DNA of 64,000 nucleotides, taken from contig CAVOUE010000012.1 of the NCBI GenBank assembly GCA_963699545.1, positions 64,001 to 128,000 of the forward strand, given 5' to 3'. The position numbers were made by a program, and so were the translations under genes. Below, in pieces: positions 54,241 to 63,757 of this stretch (within the stretch, counting starts at the first letter, position 1; each line of letters starts with the position of its first letter). This DNA comes from Nitrospirota bacterium. Its GTDB lineage: Bacteria; Nitrospirota; Thermodesulfovibrionia; Thermodesulfovibrionales; UBA9159. The notes beneath the pieces were generated by a model. The model worked only from the letters and a program-made list of their open reading frames with translations, did not search any database and was not told the origin of the DNA.

Positions 54241-56866
54241 TTAACCCCTCAGCCGCCTGACCCTCTCCCTCACTTCATCCGCGAAGAACTGATACTCATC
54301 CGTGCCTTCAGGCTTCCGGGAAAGATCGATCTCGTCCGGATAAAGAGGTTTCCCGATGGTGAAGCGTATCTTAGAAAACTTTGGCCGGAGCGTGCCCCGG
54401 GGCAAGGCTTCAAAGGTCCCCTCTATCAACACAGGTACAACGGGAATTTTGTGTTCCATCGCAAGGATCCCAATACCTTTCTTGAACTCCAGGAGACCCC
54501 CGTCAATCGACCTTCCTCCTTCGGGGAATATACAGAGTGCACGGTCCTTCTTCAGCACATAGGAAGAGAGTTGAAGGGCTTTGCTCAGGAAGGTTTCGGG
54601 ATCGATGGGTATGACATGGGCAAGTCTCGCAAACAGGGAAGGCAGCCATCCCTGGAAGTATGTCTGGTAGCCCTGAAAATAGAGGTTCCTGTAGACAGCA
54701 AGGGGGACTGCCGCGCCAACCACAAATCCGTCCATATTGCTGCAATGATTCGGGGCGATGATAAACGGAAAAGCGGGTAGGTTCCCGATGCCCCTGGCTT
54801 CAAGCCTGAAGAACACCCTGAGGAATAATTTGAGAAGCTTGAGACATACGGCGCTGAATATCCATTCCACCCTCCCCTGATATAGCCCTATCTTCTTCCT
54901 TTCTTCCTCGGGTATCTCTGCAGCGAAAATATCTTCCCAGAGGGGCTTCCCGATGCCGGAGATCCCCAGTGCCTTGAACTCCTTTATCCTCTCAACAAGC
55001 TCTCCCACGGTCTGGACTTCTGATGCAAAGGTCTCGGGGAGTTTGAGGGAGAACGCTTTCTCCAGAGCGACAACAAGCTCTATCCTCTGGAGGGAATCGA
55101 GGCCCAGGTCAAGCTCGAGATTGTCTGATGAATGGACGGGCAACTCTTCCGACAAAAGAGACGTTATGCACCCCGCAACCACCCTCCCTGTTTTATCGCC
55201 GGTCAGGGTTTTATCTTCACCCCTTGCCCGCCGGCCTTCCCCTGCCATCCGACGTATGAGATCGCTGACCACATACCTCTTCAGCTTTCCCAGGGGTGTC
55301 CTCGGCAGAGGCTCCGACGAGAGGGTGAACCCCTTAAGTCTCATATAAGGAGGTAATTTCAGGGCAACACGGTTCATTGCCCATTTAAGGGAATCGGATA
55401 TGTTGCCTATTCGCTCTTTCCTTGCACGGTCAATGTTCGGAACGATCAGACCGCGAAGGGATTCCACGACCCCTTCCTTTTCGATCCCGGTAACACATAT
55501 TTCTTTGATCAGGGGAATCTTCAGGTATTCATTCTCCACCTCTTCAGGATAAATGTTCTTCCCGGAGCTGAGAACGATCACTTCCTTCGCCCTGCCCGTG
55601 ATGAAAAGATACTGTTCGTCATCCAGATATCCGAGGTCCCCGCTCATAAACCACCCGTCCTGCATCACCTGAGCAGTAGCCTCAGTTTTCCTGTAATAGC
55701 CCTTCATCACCATAGGCCCCTTAATGGCGATCTCTCCCTCTCCCGACTCGGACGGACGTACTATTTTGATCCCCACTGACGGGAGGGGTTTCCCGGCCGA
55801 GCCCGGCTTCCTTTTGTTCATGGGATTGAAGGTGACCACAGGAGCGGTCTCTGTCAGGCCATATCCCTCAAGAACGGTAAATCCCAGGGCCTCAAGGTCC
55901 GTCATCAGTTGGGGGACAAGCCGCGCTCCGCCGCTGGCAAAGAATCTGAACTGTTCTCCAAAGGCCCTGTGTGCGGAACGGAATATGAGCTTTCCGGCAT
56001 TCATACCTGTCCTCTTTCTTGCGCCGCCGCACATTTTTAACAGAAGGAACAGAACTGACGAAACAACCGCCTGGCAGCTCCTTGAACTTTCTCAGAATAC
56101 CGTTCCGTATGAGTTCAAGGAGCTGAGGCACCGCCACCAGAACGGTCACTCCTTTTTCCTTCATGGTGGAAATAAGATCAGGGCCTTTCATCCCCATGGG
56201 ATAGGTTATGGTTGCGCCGAGGAAGAGGGGAACAAGAAATGTGCACATGAAGGCATACGTATGATGAAGGGGGAGGATGGACAATACACTGTCTTCATGG
56301 GTCAGCAGTCCTGTATCTATTAAGGCCTCCGCGTCGGAGCAGAAATTCCTGTGAGTGAGCATCACTCCCTTTGGTGCGCCCGTAGTGCCGGAGGTATATA
56401 CGATGGATGCCAGGTCATCGTCCGAGAGCTCCGGAAAGTGTTCAGCTTCCGGGGTAGCGCAGATCTCCTCAAACCCGGGGGAGTCAAAGTTGACCTTCCC
56501 CGCAGATCCTTTTATGTTCAGCCCCGTCTTTTCACTGTGGAATACAAGAACCGTGTCCGAATCGTCGAGAAGAACCTCTATTTCATCAGGGCCCAGCTGT
56601 GCGTCTATGGGAACAGCTATACCTCCAGCCATGACTGCTGCAAGATACGATGCGCACCACTCGTATCTGTTTTCAGAGACAACGGCGACCCTGTCTCCTT
56701 TCTTTATTCCCGAGTTCATTAAGTGGGCCGCGATGCCTTCCGTCTTTCGAAGGAACTCGCCATAGGTCATTGTTCGCCATGATTGGTCAAAGTAATTGAA
56801 GGCGGTGTTGTCCCTGTATTTCTTTGCAGCAGCCAGGAACAAGCTGATGATTGTGTTATTTGTCAT
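54241..56866 (-). CDS. Long-chain acyl-CoA synthetase / acyl carrier / acyltransferase multidomain protein (frameshift near 56050)
   Basis: YTSGTTGAPKG, EGYGLTE, SGDLG; LGLDSL phosphopantetheine site; NHCSNMD and FPEG PlsC motifs. Confidence 0.88.
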
Positions 56867-57114
56867 GGTATTTCTTTAACCAACGTTATTCATGCGTTTC
56901 TTTCGGGAGAGGTGTCCGTCTCTCGGCAAGACAATAGCCCTCCTTGAAAATACAAAGGTCTGCACATCTAACGAACGTTCTGTTCCTATGTGTTGTTAAG
57001 GTCCGCTCTTGCGGACCGCCACATAACCCGGGGGCTTGCCCTTCGAGCCGGACACCTCTCCAAATTTGCGAATTGTCATGGTCAGAGGTCGAAGAATATC
57101 GTAGCAAGCGAAAG

Positions 57115-57528
57115 TCAGTTCTGCTCATCAAGGCCCGCTTTCTTTTCGATCTCTTCTACCGCCTCTTTCGCAATTTCCCTAACACTGCGATTTTCATCCT
57201 TTAGCGCTTCCCTCAGCCAAGGGATGGCATCGAGATGACCGATGATCTCGAGGAGGTAGGCAGCGTCACCCCTGATGGTAGGGTTTTCATTTCTCAGGAG
57301 GGCAGTAATCCCGGGAACTGCCCCTGCAAGCGCGTCGGCATCTTCTTTCACCAGCGTCTCGACAAGTGCAGAAATCCCCAATCTTACCCGCATTCGCTCG
57401 TCCTTCATCAGGTCCCCGATGAGCGGATAGAGGCCCCTGTCATGTCTGAACATGTCGATGATGTTTTCGAGAAACCCTTTTTCCATATAATCAGAGATCA
57501 TGGACTTTATATCGAAATCGTCAGCCAT
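57115..57528 (-). CDS. HEAT-repeat protein
   Basis: DERMRVRLG, ENPTIRGDAAYLL, DENRSVREIA. Confidence 0.8.
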   Translation of the reverse strand: MADDFDIKSMISDYMEKGFLENIIDMFRHDRGLYPLIGDLMKDERMRVRLGISALVETLVKEDADALAGAVPGITALLRNENPTIRGDAAYLLEIIGHLDAIPWLREALKDENRSVREIAKEAVEEIEKKAGLDEQN

Positions 57529-57686
57529 TTTAAAAATATGATACCATAATCAAAATAACCACCAGAAACAACGAGATACTGATGCACCGGGCGCAACAAA
57601 AGAGAAAAGCTCTTGACACAGAGCCGTCGGGCGATGTGATATTGGGTAATACATTGTCATTCAATACATGTCAGAAAGGGAAACAA

Positions 57687-57946
57687 ATGCCAACGCTTCA
57701 AAAAAGCATCAGAATTCAAGAAAGAACAACTAGGGAAATCGAGAAGATAGCCAAAGGTACGGCAAAGAGTTCTCTGCTGTGGCAAATGAGTTATTTGAAG
57801 AGGCGGTAAGGATGCAGCGATGCCCCGGTATCATTTTCTCTGAAGGGATGACTGGACGCCGGGCACGAGTTGCCGGTACAGCCATAGAGGTCTGGGAGGT
57901 TATCGCAACCGGCAAAAACGAGGGTCAAGTAGTCTGTCCCCTTTAG
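57687..57946 (+). pseudogene. Truncated RHH plus DUF433-like antitoxin remnant
   Basis: MPTLQKSIRI...(frameshift)...EEAVRMQRCPGIIFSEGMTGRRARVAGTAIEVWEVI, then the similarity ends abruptly; no toxin gene follows. Confidence 0.65.
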
Positions 57947-58101
57947 CTTCCCCCTGCTTCCCCGCTCCCCGCTTGAGCGGCGTTCTTATCGGTATCCTTT
58001 GCAGCTGCTGGAGTACCGCACTTGGGGCACACAGCGAACGCAACCATGTAAGCAGTATAAATGTGCCCGCACTTCCCGCAGTTGATCGTAATAGGGTTCA
58101 T
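57943..58101 (-). CDS. Small zinc-ribbon protein (52 aa)
   Basis: MNPITINCGKCGHIYTAYMVAFAVCPKCGTPAAAK...; purine-rich GAGATAAGGA upstream. Confidence 0.6.
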   Translation of the reverse strand: MNPITINCGKCGHIYTAYMVAFAVCPKCGTPAAAKDTDKNAAQAGSGEAGGS

Positions 58102-58144
58102 TCCTTATCTCGATTGCTTTAATGTTTAGGGTGGGGACTCCCCT

Positions 58145-58345
58145 TTAAGTTTTCCTATTATTCTCCCCCAGATATTCCTTCACGGCCAAATATATTCTCG
58201 CCCGCTCGATAAAGTACTTCTTATTCCGTTTCCAATAATCTTCATGTGAATAGAGCAGCTCCGATTCTTTCTTTGAACGGGTATTCTTGCACAGCTCTAA
58301 ATGGGCACTTTCAGATAGTTTTCTTGCTATGTCTTCGACCGTCAC
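58145..58345 (-). CDS. Hypothetical protein (start uncertain)
   Basis: GTG at 58345 with GAGGA upstream, downstream of a consensus-like promoter. Confidence 0.5.
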   Translation of the reverse strand: MTVEDIARKLSESAHLELCKNTRSKKESELLYSHEDYWKRNKKYFIERARIYLAVKEYLGENNRKT

Positions 58346-58417
58346 GGATAGTTGTTTCCTCAGTCTAAGCTTTGCTTCCCAGTTCTTCCCCTTTGCTCTA
58401 TCTTCCTCTCGAAATAG

Positions 58418-58446
58418 GTTATAGCACAGTGCAATATGGTTGTCAA
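58418..58446 (-). promoter_or_regulatory. Sigma70 promoter with overlapping palindrome, divergent from the XRE gene
   Basis: TTGACA-17-TATAAC; near-palindrome TATAGCAC-A-GTGCAATA over the spacer and -10. Confidence 0.65.
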
Positions 58447-58503
58447 GCAAATATTCCACCTTGGAATTGAATTGGAATTACAGGGTGCTTTAGGATAACT
58501 CTC

Positions 58504-58878
58504 ATGACAAGAAAGAATATCGTCGGGGACAATATCAGGAGGTTGCGGTTGAAGGCCGGGCTCACGCAGGAAAAGCTTGCCTTGAAAAGCGGACTTTCAC
58601 AGGGCTATATCAACCAACTGGAAAGCGGCAAGAGAAAGTATACCCAAAAATCCATTGAAATGATCGCAGACGCCCTGTCCGTTCCCGTGGCAGGTTTTTT
58701 TCGGGATGGAGAAACCGGGCATGTTCCTGCGGTCGCAGAAAAGATCGAAAAATACGGAAAAAAGCCTTTCAACAAGAAAGAGTTGTTGTCCCTGCTGAAG
58801 GAGTTGCCCGATGACGTTGCGGAGCACTACCTTATCCTCCTGAAATTGGAGAGGGAAATTTGGAGGAAAAAACTCTAA
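58504..58878 (+). CDS. XRE-family HTH transcriptional regulator
   Basis: IRRLRLKAGLTQEKLA...SQGYINQLESG...IADAL. Confidence 0.9.
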   Translation: MTRKNIVGDNIRRLRLKAGLTQEKLALKSGLSQGYINQLESGKRKYTQKSIEMIADALSVPVAGFFRDGETGHVPAVAEKIEKYGKKPFNKKELLSLLKELPDDVAEHYLILLKLEREIWRKKL

Positions 58879-59165
58879 ATTTCTTCCAGGCAAAATGCAA
58901 AGATTTTTTTGAAAAGCAAAACCATCCCTCACAAACGCATCCTTCAGCAGCTTGCTCTGCCGTTCGAACGCCTGTCTGGGGTTCTTTGGGTTCTTCATGA
59001 GGGCGATTTCCTGCGTGATGAGCCTCGCCATATTCAGGATTTGGATGCACCACTGATACCTCCTTGCTCCATATTCTCTTTCACCTTCCCCGGCTGGCCG
59101 GCAAGGCAAATGTCCATAAGCGTCAACTATGATACAACGCATTTTGGTGTATAATACCCTTTACT

Positions 59166-61289
59166 ATGAGCTTCTGGAGCGCGATACAGAGAGATTATAA
59201 GGCCGTTTTCAGGAACGACCCTGCGGCGCGGAACGGAGTGGAGGTGGTCCTTGCCTATCCGGGCTTCCATGCCATCTTCCTCCACAGGATCAACCATGTC
59301 CTCTGGAACCTCGGGATACCGTTCGTCCCCCGGCTTTTCTCCCATATCGCGCGGTTCCTTACGGGTATCGAAATCCATCCTGCAGCGAAGATCGCGCCCG
59401 GTTTTTTCATTGACCACGGCATGGGTGTCGTGATAGGAGAAACCTCAGAGATCGGAGAGGACTGCCTCCTGTATCAGGGGGTTACCCTTGGAGGAACAGG
59501 GAAGGAAAAAGGGAAGCGTCACCCCACCCTCGGCAAGAACGTCGTGGTCGGTACCGGCGCCAAGATCCTGGGCGCGATCACCATCGGGAACTCTGCCAAG
59601 ATAGGGGCTAACGCCGTTGTTCTTGATTCCGTGCCCGACTACGCCATTGTGGTGGGTGTTCCGGGAAAGGTCATCAAGAAGAAGGTTCTCCGGATGATGG
59701 ACGAAGGTGCGGTCGAAAGCCTTTCCCGCGTGCACCTTCCGGACCCTGTGGAAGAAAAGTTCAGGGAAATGGAAAAATATATCGCCGGACTCGAAAAGAG
59801 GATGGAGACACTGGAAGGAAAGGGAGGGAGGATGCGAGTCTACAACACCCTGAAAGGGAACAAGGAAGAACTGATTCCCCTCAGTACGGGCAGGATCGGG
59901 ATGTATGCCTGCGGGGTCACGGTGTATGATCTCTGCCACATCGGTCATGCCCGCAGCGCCATCGTCTTCGACGTGATGCGGAGATACCTTGCTTTCAAAG
60001 GCTTTGAGGTCAAGTATATAAGGAATTTCACCGACATTGACGACAAGATTATCAACAGGGCCAAACAGGAAGGTATTTCCTGGGATGAGGTTGCGAGGAA
60101 ATACACGGCGGAATATTACCTGGATATGGACCGGCTCGGCGTGGGAAGAGCGGATATGGAGCCAAAGGCCACGGAGCATATACCGGAGATTATAAACATC
60201 GTCAAAGGTCTTGTGGAGAAGGGATATGCGTATGCCGTCGATGGCGATGTCTACTTCGAGGTCAGGAAATTCTCAGATTACGGAAAGCTCTCGAAGAGGG
60301 ATATAGAGGATATGCTGGCCGGTGCCCGGGTGGAAGTTGATGAGAGGAAACAGAATCCCATGGACTTTGCCCTCTGGAAGGCATCAAAAGAAGGGGAGCC
60401 GTCGTGGAACAGCCCGTGGGGTCCGGGAAGGCCGGGATGGCATATCGAATGCACTGCCATGTCCATAAAGCATCTCGGTGAAAGCTTCGATATTCACGGA
60501 GGAGGGGCGGATCTGATCTTCCCTCACCATGAGAACGAGCTGGCCCAATCCGAAGCGTATACCGGTAAGCCATTTGTGAGATACTGGATTCACAATGGCT
60601 TCATCACCATCGATAAAGAGAAGATGTCAAAGTCCCTCGGGAATTTCTTTACCATCCGGGAGATCCTGGACACGTTCGACCCCGAAGTGGTGAGGTTCTT
60701 TCTCCTCTCGACACATTACCGGAGCCCTATCGAATTTTCGGACGAGTCCCTGAGGGAGGCGGAACTGTCCATCGACCGGTATTATTCCACGGTGGTGAGG
60801 ATGGAAGATTTCCTGAAAGAAGCGCAGAACAGGGAGAAACAGACCGGGGAAGAACGATCACTGGAGGAGACCCTTGGCGCGTTCATGAACAGATTTCAGG
60901 AAGCGATGGATGACGATTTCAATACCGCCCTTGCCCTTGGTCACCTCTTTGAGCTGATCCGGGAGGTGAACAGGTATCTGGATTCCAAACCTTCAGGCCA
61001 GAATGCGAAGGAGTTCATAGCAAAAGCAAAAGACCTGCTGCGGAAGGCAGGGGGCATTCTCAATATCTTCAACAAGCTGCCCGAAGAATGGAACGACGCC
61101 CTGATGCAGACCAAGAAGATCCCCTACACGAAGCCCGAGATCCTTGACAAGATCAGACAGAGGCAGGAAGCAAGGCAGAAAAAGGACTGGTCAGCTGCGG
61201 ATGCCGTAAGAAAAGAACTGGAGGCACAGGGGGTAATCCTTGAAGACAAAAGGGACGGCACCTCCTGGAAGGTGAAAATCGGCAAGTAG
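59166..61289 (+). CDS. cysS: Serine O-acetyltransferase (CysE) fused in frame to cysteine-tRNA ligase (CysS)
   Basis: N-terminal DPAAR, TGIEIHPAA, IDHGMGV, KRHPT; CysS from M at 59832 with CGVTVY, HIGH, GWHIEC, KMSKS. Confidence 0.92.
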   Translation: MSFWSAIQRDYKAVFRNDPAARNGVEVVLAYPGFHAIFLHRINHVLWNLGIPFVPRLFSHIARFLTGIEIHPAAKIAPGFFIDHGMGVVIGETSEIGEDCLLYQGVTLGGTGKEKGKRHPTLGKNVVVGTGAKILGAITIGNSAKIGANAVVLDSVPDYAIVVGVPGKVIKKKVLRMMDEGAVESLSRVHLPDPVEEKFREMEKYIAGLEKRMETLEGKGGRMRVYNTLKGNKEELIPLSTGRIGMYACGVTVYDLCHIGHARSAIVFDVMRRYLAFKGFEVKYIRNFTDIDDKIINRAKQEGISWDEVARKYTAEYYLDMDRLGVGRADMEPKATEHIPEIINIVKGLVEKGYAYAVDGDVYFEVRKFSDYGKLSKRDIEDMLAGARVEVDERKQNPMDFALWKASKEGEPSWNSPWGPGRPGWHIECTAMSIKHLGESFDIHGGGADLIFPHHENELAQSEAYTGKPFVRYWIHNGFITIDKEKMSKSLGNFFTIREILDTFDPEVVRFFLLSTHYRSPIEFSDESLREAELSIDRYYSTVVRMEDFLKEAQNREKQTGEERSLEETLGAFMNRFQEAMDDDFNTALALGHLFELIREVNRYLDSKPSGQNAKEFIAKAKDLLRKAGGILNIFNKLPEEWNDALMQTKKIPYTKPEILDKIRQRQEARQKKDWSAADAVRKELEAQGVILEDKRDGTSWKVKIGK

Positions 61290-61363
61290 GGGGCTTCGAT
61301 TCCCATCGGTTTGTTTTTGTTGAAATACCCTGAAATGCTCTCCGCATACGCAATAGCTGCAAT

Positions 61364-61570
61364 TCAAAATACCGTCGAAACAAACTGGTCCATCCTCGTC
61401 GCCGAACCCGTTCGTATCGACTTCCCCACTTCAACTGCCATTATAATTTCCTGCTCATCAATCCCATTTTCGCGGGCCCTGCCCACGTGGTGTTCCACTC
61501 ACCCCTGACAGTTTGAAGCAACAGATGCTCCGACAGCGATCAATGACTTGATTTTTTCATCAAGACCCAT
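61364..61570 (-). CDS. AhpD/carboxymuconolactone-decarboxylase-like selenoprotein (CxxU)
   Basis: MGLDEKIKSLIAVGASVASNCQG-U-VEHHVGRARENGIDEQEIIMAVEVGKSIRTGSATRMDQFVSTVF; TGA 61499-61501; hairpin CGTGGGC-AGG-GCCCGCG 11 nt downstream; RBS GGAGG. Confidence 0.85.
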
Positions 61571-61639
61571 AATGTATTCCTCCTTCCAGGCTTGGGGACA
61601 TTAATGTGCGATCAACCATACCGATAAACTATCGGCACG

Positions 61640-61858
61640 TTACAGTGTTCATGAACCTCCGTATCCAATTGTCACCTTGTCTCCTTCCACGATGACCGGA
61701 ACCCTTGCAGCGCCTTTCGTGTATTCAAGCATCTCCTTCAGTTTTGCCCTGTCCGACAAGACCTCGATATAGACTGCGGTATCGCCAAAGGCCGACCTGG
61801 CCGCTTGACTGAAGGGTCATCCCTTCTTGCCAAAGATTTTTATCACTGTTTCCGTCAT
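61640..61858 (-). CDS. Glutaredoxin-like UXX-star-type selenoprotein, two Sec
   Basis: MTETVIKIFGKKG-U-PFSQAARSAF...RVPVIVEGDKVTIGYGGS-U-TL; TGA 61817-61819 and 61649-61651; hairpins GGCC-AGGTC-GGCC and CCGATA-GTT-TATCGG. Confidence 0.85.
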
Positions 61859-61909
61859 CCCATTACCTCCCTTTCAGTTTATAGCTATGGCGCAAGGCCC
61901 GATACTACG

Positions 61910-62446
61910 TTACTCTATAAGGAGAAGTGCGAAGTAGTTCCATTTGCCGTATGTCTCTTTTTTCGTGTCGACCTCAAAGCCGTTGGCCCGCGCTGTTTTG
62001 AAGACATCTATGCCGCAGGCTTCCATAAGGGGCCTGATCCTGAGTTTTTTCTGGTCACCAGTCTGAGACTCACCCTGAGTCTCCGCCTCACCAGAGGGTC
62101 ACGTTGCCCCTTCGGGCCCTGAAGAGAGAGCAGTCATCGCGAATGCCTTGTAAAAGCCCATCTGGTATGCCTCGCCTTCAAGCCTCACGGCGGTCTCGGT
62201 GAGGGTCTTCCCCTTGGAGCCGTTCATGAGGATCGCTTTGCTGTATTCCTTCATCATCTTTTTTGTGCTGTCCGCATCGGGAGCACAGGGGGGATGATAG
62301 GCGTCCTTACCATGGAATGCACAGCCGTAAACGCACTTCCACCTCACCCACTCCTCTACGACAACAGCACTGGTATTTATGACCCTGGCTTTCTCGGCCC
62401 CAAGCTCAAGGGACCTTTTTAAGAGCTGGTCTGTTTTATCTTCCAT
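61910..62446 (-). CDS. DUF2284-like metal-binding protein with in-frame Sec
   Basis: WVRWKCVYGC...PP..., TGA 62099-62101, then the frame continues to the family motif RPLMEACGIDVFKTAR...LLLIE; hairpin GAGACTCA-GGG-TGAGTCTC; RBS AAGGAGGTG. Confidence 0.82.
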
Positions 62447-62474
62447 TCCATCACCTCCTTCACGTGTGGTGGCT

Positions 62475-63410
62475 TCATTTATGTTTAAGCGTATACTCTC
62501 TGCCGTCCCGGTTACGACCTCGGCAGGATGTCCGTCCTCCTGAAAAATACGGACACCGTTCTTCCCTGCACCCGTGGGGATGCTTGACGCCATGATTGCA
62601 AATTATTGATTGGCTTAGGGGCAGCACGAGTCCGAGGCTTTCCCCAAGGTAATTCACCGCCGCATCAAGGGATGTCCTGACATACGCCTTACAGCAGCTC
62701 GGGCCTGTGAGATCGGTTATCGCCCTCGCAACCCTTGTCACCGCCTCCATGGTGATCCTCTGCTCCTCATCTTTACCGCATTTCGAACCCGTGAGGACTG
62801 CAAAACAGGCCCCCATGGCCGGGGCGATGCCGCAGACGCCGCTCAGGCCGCAATAGCCGCCGTGGGCCTGCTTCCTTGTGCGTTTAAAGACCTCCTTGAT
62901 CTCTTCATCCGTCATGCCCTTCACGCCTTCGTTCTTTATCGCGGCCATAAGTGCCCCGCCGGCAATGTACGCATGCTGGCAGCCGAGCATCGGAAGTCCC
63001 GGGAAACTCATGGCAATTTCGGCTATCTCGAAGGGATTGCTTGATGACGTCGAAAATATAGTATCTTCTATGATCCTCATCGAATCCCTGTTGTGACAGA
63101 GGTCGCAGATATAGTGGCCGCTTAGGCAACTTATATGGCCGTGCTCAAGCTTGCCACAGTATATGCACTTCAGCTCCTCTGCCTTGTCGTGATACGTCAG
63201 GGGCGTGCCGCAGACCATACAGTGCTCGGTTGCTTTAGTCTGAACTTCTACGACAGGTTTATCCCCCTGGTTCCCGCTTTCGCAAAGCCCTTCTATGGTC
63301 CCGGTTAACGACTTTGAAGCGCTGTTTTGATGCCCACCAGCATCATCGCCCGGCTCTCAATCTCAGCTGCCATCTTCTCTCAATTCTTTCCTCTCTTTTT
63401 CCTCTGCCAT
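62475..63410 (-). CDS. DUF5714-like Cys-rich protein with probable N-terminal UxU motif
   Basis: RBS AAGGAGG, MAEEKERKELREDGS-U-D-U-EPG... in frame with CMVCG, CIYCG, HYICDLCH, GCQH, YCGLSGVCG, GPSCCK; TGA 63363-63365 and 63357-63359; hairpin TGATGCT-GGTG-GGCATCA. Confidence 0.75.
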
Positions 63411-63422
63411 TGTTTCCTCCTT

Positions 63423-63716
63423 TCATCGGAACAAGAGGGTGTATCCCACCAGCCCCAGGCTCAAGGCAGTCGTCACGTAGAGCATTCTCTTTCCCCACGG
63501 GTCGGCAGATCCCCTCTTCCGGAAAAATGTCCTGTGGTACGCCATTCCCAAAAAAGCAAGGGTTACGAGCACGAAAATCCATCGGTAGCTCACCATCCAG
63601 ACGCCTAGGGTCAGGCTTCCCAGGCCCAAACTGGCCAGGATCAGGGGAAGCTGTCAGGCGAAAAAAGCTACCGCTGAAGAAATGACAGCACCGCTCTTAA
63701 AAAATGACGCCTTCAT
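63423..63716 (-). CDS. MerT-like 3-TM transporter with Sec in TM1
   Basis: MKASFFKSGAVISSAVAFFA-U-QLPLILASLGLG...YRWIFVLVTLAFLGMAYHRTF...; TGA 63654-63656; stems CTTCCC/GGGAAG and GGCC-AGTTTG-GGCC. Confidence 0.75.
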
Positions 63717-63757
63717 GAAATTCTCCCTTCACCACTTGAAACAATTACTCGAATCTC

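Noticed and set aside
58350-58405. Second GEMM riboswitch (GCAAA...GGGAAGCAAAGC on the minus strand)
   Set aside because: The P2 stem cannot pair, and there is no GNRA loop or P3/GCCG end.
61364-61366. Terminal TGA of the AhpD-like gene as another Sec
   Set aside because: No Cys-like context, only a weak hairpin, and read-through would run into the convergent cysS end.
61364-63716. Genome-wide UGA reassignment (code 4 or 25) as the explanation of the in-frame TGAs
   Set aside because: Many genes here (ligA, hemC, feoB, relA, rimI) end at TGA at the expected length, and Trp is encoded by TGG.
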